64,000 bases of DNA from an uncultured virus (IMG/VR IMGVR_UViG_3300042887_005170) (IMGVR_UViG_3300042887_005170), one strand, 5' to 3'. Numbered from the stretch's first letter, positions 49,215 through 58,634 are shown. Numbers and translations are program-made. The notes: generated by a model from the letters alone, not told the origin.

Positions 49215-49489
49215 GCAAGGAACACCCGCATAAAAAGTTTATTCTGGCCGAAGCGCATAAGTGTGTTAAGTCTCTGCGCTCTACTAGGGCCAAGTTAGAA
49301 AACGCAATAAAACAGGCAAACGACGCGGCTCAGGAAATTGCACACATGGACACTGTGAAAACAAACAGAATCCTAGATAAAGCCTGTGATATTATTACTG
49401 ATTCTTCAATAAAAATTGCACAGATAGAGATTTCGCTAAAGAGAGCACTAAAGCTCATAGAGGAATTGGAGAGTGAGGACAATGACTAG
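49211..49489 (+). CDS. Coiled-coil hypothetical protein
   Basis: AAGGAG RBS. Confidence 0.65.
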   Translation: MSKEHPHKKFILAEAHKCVKSLRSTRAKLENAIKQANDAAQEIAHMDTVKTNRILDKACDIITDSSIKIAQIEISLKRALKLIEELESEDND

Positions 49490-49853
49490 CCCTATGAAGT
49501 GGTACAACTGCCCAAAGTGTGATGCCGGATACCTAGACCAGGCCTGTACCTGTGCCTCTGAGACTAAGAAGCTTAAAGGCGAAAACCTTAGCCAGGACAA
49601 TTGGGACACTATGAACACATTTGTAGAAGAGCTTAATTTTCTCTGGAAAGAGTATGCGCTCGCCGACGACAGCACTCTCACAGAAGACGCAAAAGAGCTA
49701 AAGAGGCAGCTTTTGGCCGCCGTCAGAGAGTCCACGGACGCAGCTTACTACAAAGGAATGAGAGACGGCGTCGAGGAATACAAGAAAGCCTTTGCCGCAG
49801 GCTTTGCGGTGGGGCTGGAAGAGAGAGCGCGTCTCGCGGCAGAAAAGAAGTAG
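49482..49853 (+). CDS. Hypothetical protein with CPKC..CTC motif
   Basis: GAGG RBS. Confidence 0.65.
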   Translation: MTSPMKWYNCPKCDAGYLDQACTCASETKKLKGENLSQDNWDTMNTFVEELNFLWKEYALADDSTLTEDAKELKRQLLAAVRESTDAAYYKGMRDGVEEYKKAFAAGFAVGLEERARLAAEKK

Positions 49854-50062
49854 CTAACCTTGTTCTAAAATTGGGGCGGACTAATGAGAATCTTTAAAGA
49901 AAAAGCCGGAATCCTCGCAGACGAGGCTGTCTGGGTCTGTATTTACCCAGGATATCTCCACGCAGACGCGAGCTTAATAAGGCTTCTCTGGGAAGTATTA
50001 ACCGAGTACAAGAGAGACAAGCACAGCATCTAAGACAGCGCAAATTACCCCAAGGAGAAGAC

Positions 50063-50263
50063 ATGGACCTTTTAGAGATCTTTTTAGCCGTTTCGTTTTT
50101 TCTAGTCGGCGCTATAACTTTTTTTTCTTTAATCGCTGCTCAATCTAAAGATTTCAAAGATTACCCGGAAATCTACACAGTCTCTATCTTCCTAGCAGTC
50201 ACATCCTTGGTATTTTTTGCCTTATCTGGCGCCACCGTCTACCTGGGACTAGCTTCTAAATAA
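50063..50263 (+). CDS. Small two-TM protein
   Basis: AAGGAG RBS; two hydrophobic helices. Confidence 0.65.
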   Translation: MDLLEIFLAVSFFLVGAITFFSLIAAQSKDFKDYPEIYTVSIFLAVTSLVFFALSGATVYLGLASK

Positions 50264-50406
50264 TACACTTGTGTTTCTGTGTGTAGTTTACTACGTGAAC
50301 CACAGAGATTCAGTTACCCCACCGAGATCGAATAATTAATACTTTCAGTGGCCAACTAGGCCTTTCTTGGAGCCGTAACAGGTAGTGTAGGGTTAAGGAG
50401 TGAGCT

Positions 50407-50820
50407 ATGTCTAACGAGTTTAAAGCAGATATGTCCCGTAGAGCCCTTCGTTGCAAAAGCTGGTCCTGGACGCCAGGGATGCTCGCCATGGATTTTATGA
50501 GCGAGGGCAATAACGAGATAGATACCGCTTACTATAAGCGACTCGACGATAGCACCGAGGAGGGAATGCGTGTTTCTCCCGCAGCTCTCCCCGTTATTAC
50601 TGATCACGCCACCCGCGGCTGTATGCTTGGGCTTATTCAGAGAGCAGCAGGCAACGAAACGGTCAGCCTTCAGTGCCTGGTAAAGGCGAACGGAAGCATC
50701 GAGTGGAGCGTCACCGGAGTCGCCGATGGCCGCCGCTTTTTCATCGGGGACGGCTCCACGATGGAGAACGCTCTGATTTCAGCGTTGGAGACTACGGGGA
50801 ATTCGAATGGCCGTCGATGA
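50407..50820 (+). CDS. WxWxPGM/DPAT family (paralog 9)
   Basis: RRALRCKSWSWTPGM...TDHATRGCML...ENALISALE. Confidence 0.8.
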   Translation: MSNEFKADMSRRALRCKSWSWTPGMLAMDFMSEGNNEIDTAYYKRLDDSTEEGMRVSPAALPVITDHATRGCMLGLIQRAAGNETVSLQCLVKANGSIEWSVTGVADGRRFFIGDGSTMENALISALETTGNSNGRR

Positions 50821-51028
50821 TTGCGTTTTAGAGGCCGATTCCTGGCCCTTTTCTGTAATCATCGAAGAGGGCAGCGCTCAGAGCTATTTTCTTAGCATCT
50901 ACGCCCGCGATGAGCTCCTTCACTCCGGAAAACACAGAACAGAAGACGAAGCCAGGCACTCAGCTCAGGTAGAAATTAAGAAGTACATCAACAGCCTCCA
51001 TGTACTAATAAACCTAGTTAGAGACTGA
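50807..51028 (+). CDS. Hypothetical protein
   Basis: Coupled ORF. Confidence 0.55.
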   Translation: MAVDDCVLEADSWPFSVIIEEGSAQSYFLSIYARDELLHSGKHRTEDEARHSAQVEIKKYINSLHVLINLVRD

Positions 51029-51396
51029 TGGCCAACAAGATGGACATCAGGTTCCTTCTTATGCAGATCTTCCCGGACGTATCCGAGAGAGCTGTCTACG
51101 AGGGGATGAAGTATATTCGACTTAGGTATAAGCTTAACGAGGAGGCCGTCGTTACAATGCTTTTCGCCGAGTACCAATCTCAGAGAGATAAGGTCAGCCC
51201 TAGGTATGCTGTCTACGATAGAAAGTACATGCCTGGAGAAGCTAATCTAAGGCGAGCTAGGTTTATAACAAACGTTAAGACCTCTAAAATCAGCGAGAGA
51301 GAGCACATCCGGCACTTTGATTTTACGATGGAAGGCCAGTCGGCGCTCAATGACATCTATAGGTACTTTGAGGGCTGCATTAAGAGCGGATATTGA
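51028..51396 (+). CDS. Hypothetical protein
   Basis: TGATG coupling. Confidence 0.65.
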   Translation: MANKMDIRFLLMQIFPDVSERAVYEGMKYIRLRYKLNEEAVVTMLFAEYQSQRDKVSPRYAVYDRKYMPGEANLRRARFITNVKTSKISEREHIRHFDFTMEGQSALNDIYRYFEGCIKSGY

Positions 51397-51511
51397 CATC
51401 TAAAAAAATAGGATAAGCCTAAATAGTATTTACAAGTTTAATATACTTGTTATATTTCGCTATGTAAGCCCTCATTGAGGCAAGCGAGGTACCCCTACAG
51501 ATGGATTTTAC

Positions 51512-51952
51512 ATGTCCGCTACGACTATGAATACCGACTACGAAGCAGATAGAAACTTAGCCATTAGGGCCATTAAGTGCTCTAACTTTAGATGGCTCCC
51601 CGGTATGCAGACAAGGGATGGCGATAGAGTCCTTATGATCAGCGGATCGGAGGATACCCCTAAGATCGCTCGTTGGCGAATGGGCGGAAACGAAGCCCCC
51701 TACATGAAGTCCGTTATCTGGAAGTTCGACGCCATCGGCGAAGAGGCGCTCCCTGATCTGGCGGACCCTGGGACTTTAGGCTGCCTACTTTCTCTCGTCC
51801 GAGAGCTGACTAGCGATATTGAAGCCTACATCGAGCGCCGGTCTGAAGGCACATACATGGGCTGGATGCTCTGGGCCAAAGGCCGTGGTTTTCACGCAGA
51901 CTCTGAGGCAGAGGCTTTAGTCTTGGCGCTTGAAGTCACGAGCAAGCATTAA
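51512..51952 (+). CDS. WxWxPGM/DPAT family (paralog 10)
   Basis: RAIKCSNFRWLPGM...LPDLADPGTLGCLL...SEAEALVLALE. Confidence 0.82.
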   Translation: MSATTMNTDYEADRNLAIRAIKCSNFRWLPGMQTRDGDRVLMISGSEDTPKIARWRMGGNEAPYMKSVIWKFDAIGEEALPDLADPGTLGCLLSLVRELTSDIEAYIERRSEGTYMGWMLWAKGRGFHADSEAEALVLALEVTSKH

Positions 51953-51957
51953 CTCAT

Positions 51958-52179
51958 TTAGCGCCTAGCTTTTCTCTTCTTCCTGCGACGCGGGTTAGAG
52001 ATCCTAGAGTAGAGCGGTGTTACGTGTTTATTCCACGCGCCCTTAGCCACTATATAGATAATACCAGCCACTAATACGCCCCCAATAAGGAATACCATCT
52101 TAGCGGATTCCTTAGGGTCACTATCTCTAGACATTAAAATAGTTTTAGTAGCATCATCTAAGAGATTATCCTCAGCCAT
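51958..52179 (-). CDS. Small TM protein with RISNP motif and basic tail
   Basis: TM helix then RISNPRRRKKRKARR; AAGGA RBS. Confidence 0.7.
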   Translation of the reverse strand: MAEDNLLDDATKTILMSRDSDPKESAKMVFLIGGVLVAGIIYIVAKGAWNKHVTPLYSRISNPRRRKKRKARR

Positions 52180-52316
52180 TACGTATCCTTGGTTAGGAGG
52201 TTTTATTCTCGCTTATGACTACATACTATAGATAATGTGCCCCTTAAGTCAAATTTTGACTCCAGTAGTTTATATGCTATTATGTCTAGCATATACTAAA
52301 TAACAGAGGGTCTAAC

Positions 52317-53069
52317 ATGGCTAGAGGCAGGAAAAGAAACGGCGCAGATGTCTTTGATCTACTGCTTCCAGCAGCAGCCGTAGTGGCAGCAGTATTCGCG
52401 CTGAAGCCAAAAGCAGCCAAAGCCGCGACACCGGCTACAGATATCTACAGGCAGCCAACCCGACCCGAACCTTCCGTAGCGGAGGTAGAGAGGGCCGCAA
52501 TTGCAGGAGACACATCTGTCGGCCTAGCTAAGATCGTCTCAATAGTGAAAAGGGAAAATGACTCTCACATCAGAGAGATCGGCGGCAACACGGATAGAGG
52601 CCCAAGAATTGAGCAGTATCAGCGCTTTGTAGGGGATTACAAGCACCTCCACTGGTGCATGGCCTTCGTTCAATTTTGTATTGCCGAGGCAATGGGTCTC
52701 TCCTCAAAAGTGCGCTGGGGAAATGGGTCATGCAGCGGCACTTATGCCAATGTTAAAAAAGCCGTAGATGCCGGGTATCTTGACCCTAAATACGTTATCC
52801 TGGCCAGCGACCCAGATAGACGCACTAAGGTTAAACCCGGCTATGTCTGGATCATGGAGGGACACACAGGCATTGTAGTGTCTCTTCAGGGATCCTCACC
52901 AGAGCACTATACTACGATTGAGGGCAACACCTGGCGCGCTGGTAAAGGACATGGCGTGTTAGAGATGGACCGTCCTTGGGGCCACCCCAAGAGCGGCAAG
53001 AACGTAGCCTGGTTCGACCCCATCGCTATGCAGGAAGCTTGGGTTAAAATGAAAGCAGCCACATCTTAA
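52317..53069 (+). CDS. N-anchored CHAP-domain hydrolase
   Basis: GPRIEQYQ, HWCMAFV, GHTGIV, TIEGNT, WFDP. Confidence 0.85.
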   Translation: MARGRKRNGADVFDLLLPAAAVVAAVFALKPKAAKAATPATDIYRQPTRPEPSVAEVERAAIAGDTSVGLAKIVSIVKRENDSHIREIGGNTDRGPRIEQYQRFVGDYKHLHWCMAFVQFCIAEAMGLSSKVRWGNGSCSGTYANVKKAVDAGYLDPKYVILASDPDRRTKVKPGYVWIMEGHTGIVVSLQGSSPEHYTTIEGNTWRAGKGHGVLEMDRPWGHPKSGKNVAWFDPIAMQEAWVKMKAATS

Positions 53070-53085
53070 TTAATAGGGAGAAAAT

Positions 53086-53538
53086 ATGCCTTCTAAACAT
53101 TACATAAAATACACAGGCGGCTGGAAGTACCAGCTCAAGGAAGCTTACTCATGCCGAACGGGCATTGAGGGCCACGCAGCTGTCACTGATTATCTCACCC
53201 TTGAGCTCGACGGAGCTCTCACGATCAAAGAGGGCTATGCCTGGGACGGTCCCTCAGGTCCGACGATAGACACTAAAGATTTCATGAGAGGCTCTTTAGT
53301 CCACGATGCACTGTATCAGCTCATTCGCGAGGGCCATCTCCCTGAGTCGCTTAGAGACGACGCCGATAGAATCTTGCGCCGGCATTGCGAAGAAGACGGT
53401 ATGTGGAGCGTTCGGGCCTGGTGGGTTTACACGGCCGTTCGGAAATTTGGAAAAGACGCGGTCGGTAAAGCCGGCAGACACCCGACGCTCTATGCACCAG
53501 AGAAGCCTAAGAGAGCCGAGCTTTCCCCTGGCGACTAG
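53086..53538 (+). CDS. DUF1353-like protein
   Basis: GYAWDGPS...SLVHDALYQ...AD...VYTAVRKFG. Confidence 0.8.
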   Translation: MPSKHYIKYTGGWKYQLKEAYSCRTGIEGHAAVTDYLTLELDGALTIKEGYAWDGPSGPTIDTKDFMRGSLVHDALYQLIREGHLPESLRDDADRILRRHCEEDGMWSVRAWWVYTAVRKFGKDAVGKAGRHPTLYAPEKPKRAELSPGD

Positions 53539-53609
53539 GAAATAGCTTGACTAAGCGAGTTGACCGCAGTATTATAGCACGGCCAAGAATCACCAGTTAA
53601 GAGATTTGT

Positions 53610-53846
53610 ATGGTCATTGATACTGAAGCGTTTTTCACCGCGCGCGTTTTTATAAGTGCCGACGCAGCTATTGCGCACTCTTTAGAAAGCACAAAAACAT
53701 CGCTATGTTCTTACTCTGAATGTAATAAAATATGGCTACATGATCTATCCACCGAGGCAGATAGCTTGCCTAATGGAAGAACAATTTTCGTCCGCCAACA
53801 CCTCGACGAGGTGTGGGCTGTAGAACTTCTACCCCCGGCACACTAA
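53610..53846 (+). CDS. Hypothetical protein
   Basis: 78-aa ORF coupled to the next gene. Confidence 0.45.
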   Translation: MVIDTEAFFTARVFISADAAIAHSLESTKTSLCSYSECNKIWLHDLSTEADSLPNGRTIFVRQHLDEVWAVELLPPAH

Positions 53847-54295
53847 TGAATGATTACGAAAACTATATTAACAGTATAGCTAAAAAACTCTCAGAGTCCC
53901 CCAACTTTCGTTGGGTGGGCGGAATGCTAGCTATCGGTAGCTCTTCTCCGACAGGGTCGCGCCTTAGGTTCAGAATAACGAATGAGCCGGCATCAATCGG
54001 GCGAGATAACTACCCGGTAATCACAGACGCAGCGACGGCAGGCTGCCTGCTTAAGCTAATTCGAGAGATCTATAGCGATCCTACAGCGACTCTGACCTGT
54101 AATGATATTTTAAATCAGCGGCAGTGGATCTGCTCCGGCGTCGAAAATACCTACTCTAGAGCAGCCTCTGAGGCCGAAGCTCTCGCATTCGCTTTATTAG
54201 GAGCACAAGCAGAGCATGTTGAACCTACGGAAGACGACTCGTCGTATGATGATATCCCCGGTCCTATGCCGGGAAGAAACGGTTTCCCTTTCTAG
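53846..54295 (+). CDS. WxWxPGM/DPAT family (paralog 11)
   Basis: NFRWVGGM...TDAATAGCLL...SEAEALAFAL. Confidence 0.8.
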   Translation: MNDYENYINSIAKKLSESPNFRWVGGMLAIGSSSPTGSRLRFRITNEPASIGRDNYPVITDAATAGCLLKLIREIYSDPTATLTCNDILNQRQWICSGVENTYSRAASEAEALAFALLGAQAEHVEPTEDDSSYDDIPGPMPGRNGFPF

Positions 54296-54607
54296 TTTTA
54301 GAGGCCTGCTACTTCTACTCCAGGTAATTGTTTTTTCTGCATCAATCGTTGAGGCCGGCACACTCGCCGGGACCGTTTTGTGCCTACTTTCAGTACTAGT
54401 CGCAGCCTCTGACGTAATACTTTTTATGTGCCAGAGAGCAAAATCTATGGCTTATTGCGAGTGCGTTGGGCCAGCTAATTTTCACAACCTTGAGATCTTT
54501 ATAGAGATAGACAGGTAGATACTACCTTTGTAGTCTATCTGTGTCGTTTTGTGCTTGCGAAAGAGCATACGTCTGCTATAGTGGATCATCCCCGGTCATT
54601 AGAGGTA

Positions 54608-55111
54608 ATGATTATGACTGAAGAGACAAATAATTCCTCCCCCGCTGAAGAGACCAGCTCCACTCCTGTGGATAAGAAGCGTAAATATGCGCACCTCTCT
54701 GCTTTTCTCTCGGCGAGAGTGGAGTTTCTTTATTACACTCAGAGCAATTTAACCCGAGTCGCCGGATTTAATACCCGCCAGGCAATCAACGAGAGAATGG
54801 TCGCGGCTTGCAATCGCGTAACAACGCATGACTGGTGGGAGGCGGTCCTTCTTATGCCAAAGGGCTCTCTGGAGCAGATCGGAGTTAGCGAGAAAAAGGT
54901 TAACGCGGCCATCGCTAAATACAATAACGACGCTTATTACAAGGGCCCTGTTAGAGCATCGATCGTTCGCGCGGTCGTCAAGGCGATGGCAGCAGCAGTA
55001 TCGCCCTGGGATGTCGCTATTCGCCAGGAGCGAATGAACAGAAAGGCGGCCGATCGGACCCGTCTCCTCAATGAAGCTCGAAAACGCAGAGCGGATATTT
55101 ACGGCTTCTAG
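54608..55111 (+). CDS. Hypothetical basic protein
   Basis: AGAGGT RBS before the ATG at 54608/54614. Confidence 0.7.
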   Translation: MIMTEETNNSSPAEETSSTPVDKKRKYAHLSAFLSARVEFLYYTQSNLTRVAGFNTRQAINERMVAACNRVTTHDWWEAVLLMPKGSLEQIGVSEKKVNAAIAKYNNDAYYKGPVRASIVRAVVKAMAAAVSPWDVAIRQERMNRKAADRTRLLNEARKRRADIYGF

Positions 55112-55119
55112 CCGTTAAT

Positions 55120-55192
55120 GCGCCCATAACTCAGTTGGTAGAGTAGCGGACTTTTAATCCGTCAGTCGATGGTTCGAGTCCATCTGGGCGTA
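55120..55192 (+). tRNA. tRNA-Lys(TTT)
   Basis: GCGGA-CTTTTAA-TCCGT arm; canonical D and T loops. Confidence 0.93.
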
Positions 55193-55201
55193 CTAGAGTC
55201 A

Positions 55202-55275
<74 letters not shown>

Positions 55276-55369
55276 CTAAGAATATTACAGCCGGCGCCTG
55301 GATGTGCATTTAGTTATCTACTAAGATATGCACCCCACGCCGGCTGTTTTTATTGCCTCTGGAGCTTTT

Positions 55370-56545
55370 ATGAAATTTAAAAACGTTCAAGCAGATCAAT
55401 TTTTCGGCAACAGGTATAATAAAATTTTTTCTCCTGAGGAAATAGAAACCTTTATTAGGAGTAAAAAAAATTTTAATAAAAATAAAAAGTTTATGACCGC
55501 CAGAGAGACTTCTTTTATAAAATCTGGCGACGAGTTTTATAAAAAAGGATTTTTGCCAGAAAATGAAAATTATAAGCCTTTTTATGGCAAATTAAGCAGA
55601 GACCAAGAAGAGGAAGGGCTACCTAGGATATACAGGTACTCCCCCAATATTTTAACATCTGTCTTCCCTATCGATTCATTTTTAGCGATTCAAAATAAGA
55701 ATAATTTATTTGAAAACTTTGATTTTATATTAAATTTATTTAATGGAGTCGCTCTTAAAATTTTACCTATTTTGGGAAATTATTCGAATAACCAAAGAGC
55801 TATAAAAAAAATAGAAAAGATAAAGCCGCTCGTTGCTAATGACACTATCCCTCTCTTAAGCCCCGCCGACACAGAATATACAAAAGCCAGGTTGGCTGAT
55901 GTGGAAAAAATTCTGTATTGTTGGGACGGCGAAGAAAATACCGGAAATACACCAGCAGAAGGCTCACCTTTTCCACATGCTTTTTGTGAAGCTCGGCAGC
56001 TTCTTTATTGTATAACTGAGTTTGAGCGTGTTATATCATACGAAATAGTACAAGATGTCTACAATCGAGCGGAAACATTAGACGAGCTGGAAGAATCGCA
56101 AAAGCGACACGCAGAGAGAACTATAGCGCGAGCTATAGAGTATTTTATATCTTTTCTCTGGTATCTGGAGATGTGCCTATTATCTATAGACGCTGATCCG
56201 CAAATAGTCTCAGACATAATAAATGAAATTGTAATAGAATCTGCATGCAGCGCTTATATGATGACTAATATCTATGCTCACCCAGATTTAGTGGATCTAG
56301 TAAGCAAGACTGGACTTAGTTACAGCGTAGACCGCACAGATTCTGCCCTCACGGCATCAGCTATCGCTAAGCGAGTATCAGACTGCGTAAACGATGTAGC
56401 GGCGCTTACCGGAGTGCCCCTTTCAGGGACATGTGGGTATATAATAAACCGCGCTATATTCAGAAACACCCACACAGAAGATATTTTAGATATGGTAGAC
56501 GTCTGCGTCAAAGACTGTATAGACATCGCAGATGGCGGCCTATAA
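55370..56545 (+). CDS. AT-rich protein with the shared C-terminal domain
   Basis: GLSYSVD...AIAKRVSDC..DVAALTGV...DILDMVDVCVKDCIDIADG. Confidence 0.78.
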   Translation: MKFKNVQADQFFGNRYNKIFSPEEIETFIRSKKNFNKNKKFMTARETSFIKSGDEFYKKGFLPENENYKPFYGKLSRDQEEEGLPRIYRYSPNILTSVFPIDSFLAIQNKNNLFENFDFILNLFNGVALKILPILGNYSNNQRAIKKIEKIKPLVANDTIPLLSPADTEYTKARLADVEKILYCWDGEENTGNTPAEGSPFPHAFCEARQLLYCITEFERVISYEIVQDVYNRAETLDELEESQKRHAERTIARAIEYFISFLWYLEMCLLSIDADPQIVSDIINEIVIESACSAYMMTNIYAHPDLVDLVSKTGLSYSVDRTDSALTASAIAKRVSDCVNDVAALTGVPLSGTCGYIINRAIFRNTHTEDILDMVDVCVKDCIDIADGGL

Positions 56546-56561
56546 CCATCAAAGGTAAAAA

Positions 56562-56963
56562 ATGAGCTACGCAAAACACATCAATAAAGGCATTATTTTA
56601 GCCATAGACGACATGCCGGAGAGATACGTTAAGCTCTCCGATATGCTCAAGAGCGTAGGGATTGTCACCGTTTGCGTGCAGCACCCGATCGCAGCAGAGA
56701 CAATTCTGCGAAGCGACTGCGTATGCGGTATTCTTTTAGATCACGATATGCCGCACTGGGACGGGCAATATTACGCGCGAGAGATCTTGAGCCGTTACAG
56801 TAGACCGCCTGTTTGCGTAAGCAGCGCTAACCCTTGGGGCGCTGATAAAATTGAACAAATTTTATTGTCTCAGGGTCGCGCACCTGCTAAAATATCCGCA
56901 ATCCGCAGTAACGCCCCCGAACTCTGGTATAGATGGGTGTTACTAAACGCATTCCCACGGTAA
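56562..56963 (+). CDS. Stand-alone receiver-like domain (cyclic-phosphate-processing REC type)
   Basis: LAIDDMPER, ILLDHDM, SSANPWGA. Confidence 0.75.
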   Translation: MSYAKHINKGIILAIDDMPERYVKLSDMLKSVGIVTVCVQHPIAAETILRSDCVCGILLDHDMPHWDGQYYAREILSRYSRPPVCVSSANPWGADKIEQILLSQGRAPAKISAIRSNAPELWYRWVLLNAFPR

Positions 56964-56965
56964 AA

Positions 56966-57418
56966 ATGGCAATCTTCGTTTTTAAAGACTATTCCGCCCC
57001 TGATAAGACGCTGGATAAGCAGCACAGGACCTTTACTCCCGGGCAGAGCGGAGGCCAGGCAGCCGGCGACAACTCCGACTATGGCAGAGAGTCTAAAAAC
57101 TTTAAGCAGACTAGCTATAGAATCAGGCAAGAGGCACCCTCTTATAAAGACTCCTCCCCCGGAGCCTCTAACAGCCAGGGCCTAGCTGGCGATCTTACTC
57201 CGCGCCAGTTCGAAGTCTTCAGACACATGCTAGCTTTCCAGGATGAGCACGGCCGACCGCCTACTCAGATGGAGCTTAGCACCCGTCTGGGCATGAAATC
57301 AGAGCAGGGTGTTAAAGCCCACCTGGCGATTTTGGAAGCGAAGGGCTACATTGTGGCCGGCCAGAAATTCGGACACAGAAACAAGATGGCCATGTGGCCA
57401 GGCTCAGACAGGGGCTAG
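56966..57418 (+). CDS. LexA-like winged-HTH protein
   Basis: LTPRQFEVF...HGRPPTQMELSTRLGMKS..GV.AHL..LE.KGYI. Confidence 0.82.
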   Translation: MAIFVFKDYSAPDKTLDKQHRTFTPGQSGGQAAGDNSDYGRESKNFKQTSYRIRQEAPSYKDSSPGASNSQGLAGDLTPRQFEVFRHMLAFQDEHGRPPTQMELSTRLGMKSEQGVKAHLAILEAKGYIVAGQKFGHRNKMAMWPGSDRG

Positions 57419-57463
57419 CTCTTATAGTTTAATTTAGTAACATACTTTGAGGCGGCGCTGATC

Positions 57464-57973
57464 ATGAGCAAATTTAATTTTAGAAGAGACGAAGTGCCTG
57501 AAGAAGAGATCACAGAAGAGTCCTTGGAGCCCCCTGCCGAGGAAGTGCTTTTATTTAAGCGAAATCTGCAGACATTTGACGAGGCCTCTAAGGCAGACGG
57601 CGATCTAGAGACGTTCACCAGCAACACGCTAAATAGCATAGACACGCTGGCCCGATTTACTCGAATTCTAAACCTCGAGCGTGAGGGCTTAGTAGAGAAC
57701 TATAGACTAAAGGCTCAGGCGCTAATAGATAAGGCCGATGAGTTTGAGAGCATGGACTACGTTTTTGAGTCCCTCCATAGTGACATTCTCAATCTTAAGA
57801 GAAAAATGGAGGACTACTTAAACACGGCAGCGCGCCTGGCTGAGGAGAACACGGCAGACTCCGACAGAGAGGCTTTTGGTTATCTCAAACATGCCTATGG
57901 CATCTTAGAGCAAGCTGAATACATACATCGGAAAGCGGAGACGATACTCCACAGCAAAAAAGAGCTCTACTGA
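57464..57973 (+). CDS. Helical hypothetical protein
   Basis: 169-aa ORF, GAGG RBS. Confidence 0.7.
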   Translation: MSKFNFRRDEVPEEEITEESLEPPAEEVLLFKRNLQTFDEASKADGDLETFTSNTLNSIDTLARFTRILNLEREGLVENYRLKAQALIDKADEFESMDYVFESLHSDILNLKRKMEDYLNTAARLAEENTADSDREAFGYLKHAYGILEQAEYIHRKAETILHSKKELY

Positions 57974-58075
57974 GTACCTCAAATAAACACAGTAACCTGC
58001 TTGCATTATCGGACCTTATATAGTTTATATATGGTCCGTTTTATTATAGTCACTAACACTCCAAGAGGTTAAACC

Positions 58076-58615
58076 ATGTCTTACATTCCCCCTAAAGCCA
58101 ACAAAGGCCAAGTTGCACTACTGGCCCTTCTGATCCCTGGCGATCTTTGCGCCTACTACAACATTGGCGGAGACGATCTTAAGAAAGCCCTGATTCTAAT
58201 TAAGCAGTATTGCGGCATGCCCGAGATTGGGGCGAGCTGGCGCAAGCAGGTTCAGTTCTCTCCTCCGCCCGGAGCCGCTGGCGGTATGCCTGGTGGTATG
58301 CCTGGCGGTATGCCCGGATCGCCTTTCGGCGGTTTTGGTCTCGGCAGCTTCTCTTACGCCGGCTCACCTCCTTTTGGTGGTTTAGGCGCCTATTCGCTCC
58401 CCAACGAGTCGCTTCTTCGCGAGGCAGTTATCACTCTCCTGACCGCTGTTTTCCTCTCTCCGGAAGGGCCCTTCACGCTCACTAAGCCGCTGCCGATCAG
58501 ACGGCAGTTCGCAGAGATGATGGGCGGTAACCTTAACGACTTCGTTGAGTGCCTGCGTATTGTGGAGAAGGATTTTAACCTTCTCTCCTCTCCTTATGAC
58601 GCGCGCCCCCGGTAA
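58076..58615 (+). CDS. Hypothetical protein with GGMP/GFG low-complexity insert
   Basis: Paralog of the next gene. Confidence 0.75.
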   Translation: MSYIPPKANKGQVALLALLIPGDLCAYYNIGGDDLKKALILIKQYCGMPEIGASWRKQVQFSPPPGAAGGMPGGMPGGMPGSPFGGFGLGSFSYAGSPPFGGLGAYSLPNESLLREAVITLLTAVFLSPEGPFTLTKPLPIRRQFAEMMGGNLNDFVECLRIVEKDFNLLSSPYDARPR

Positions 58616-58634
58616 TAGCTAATAGAGGTACCTC

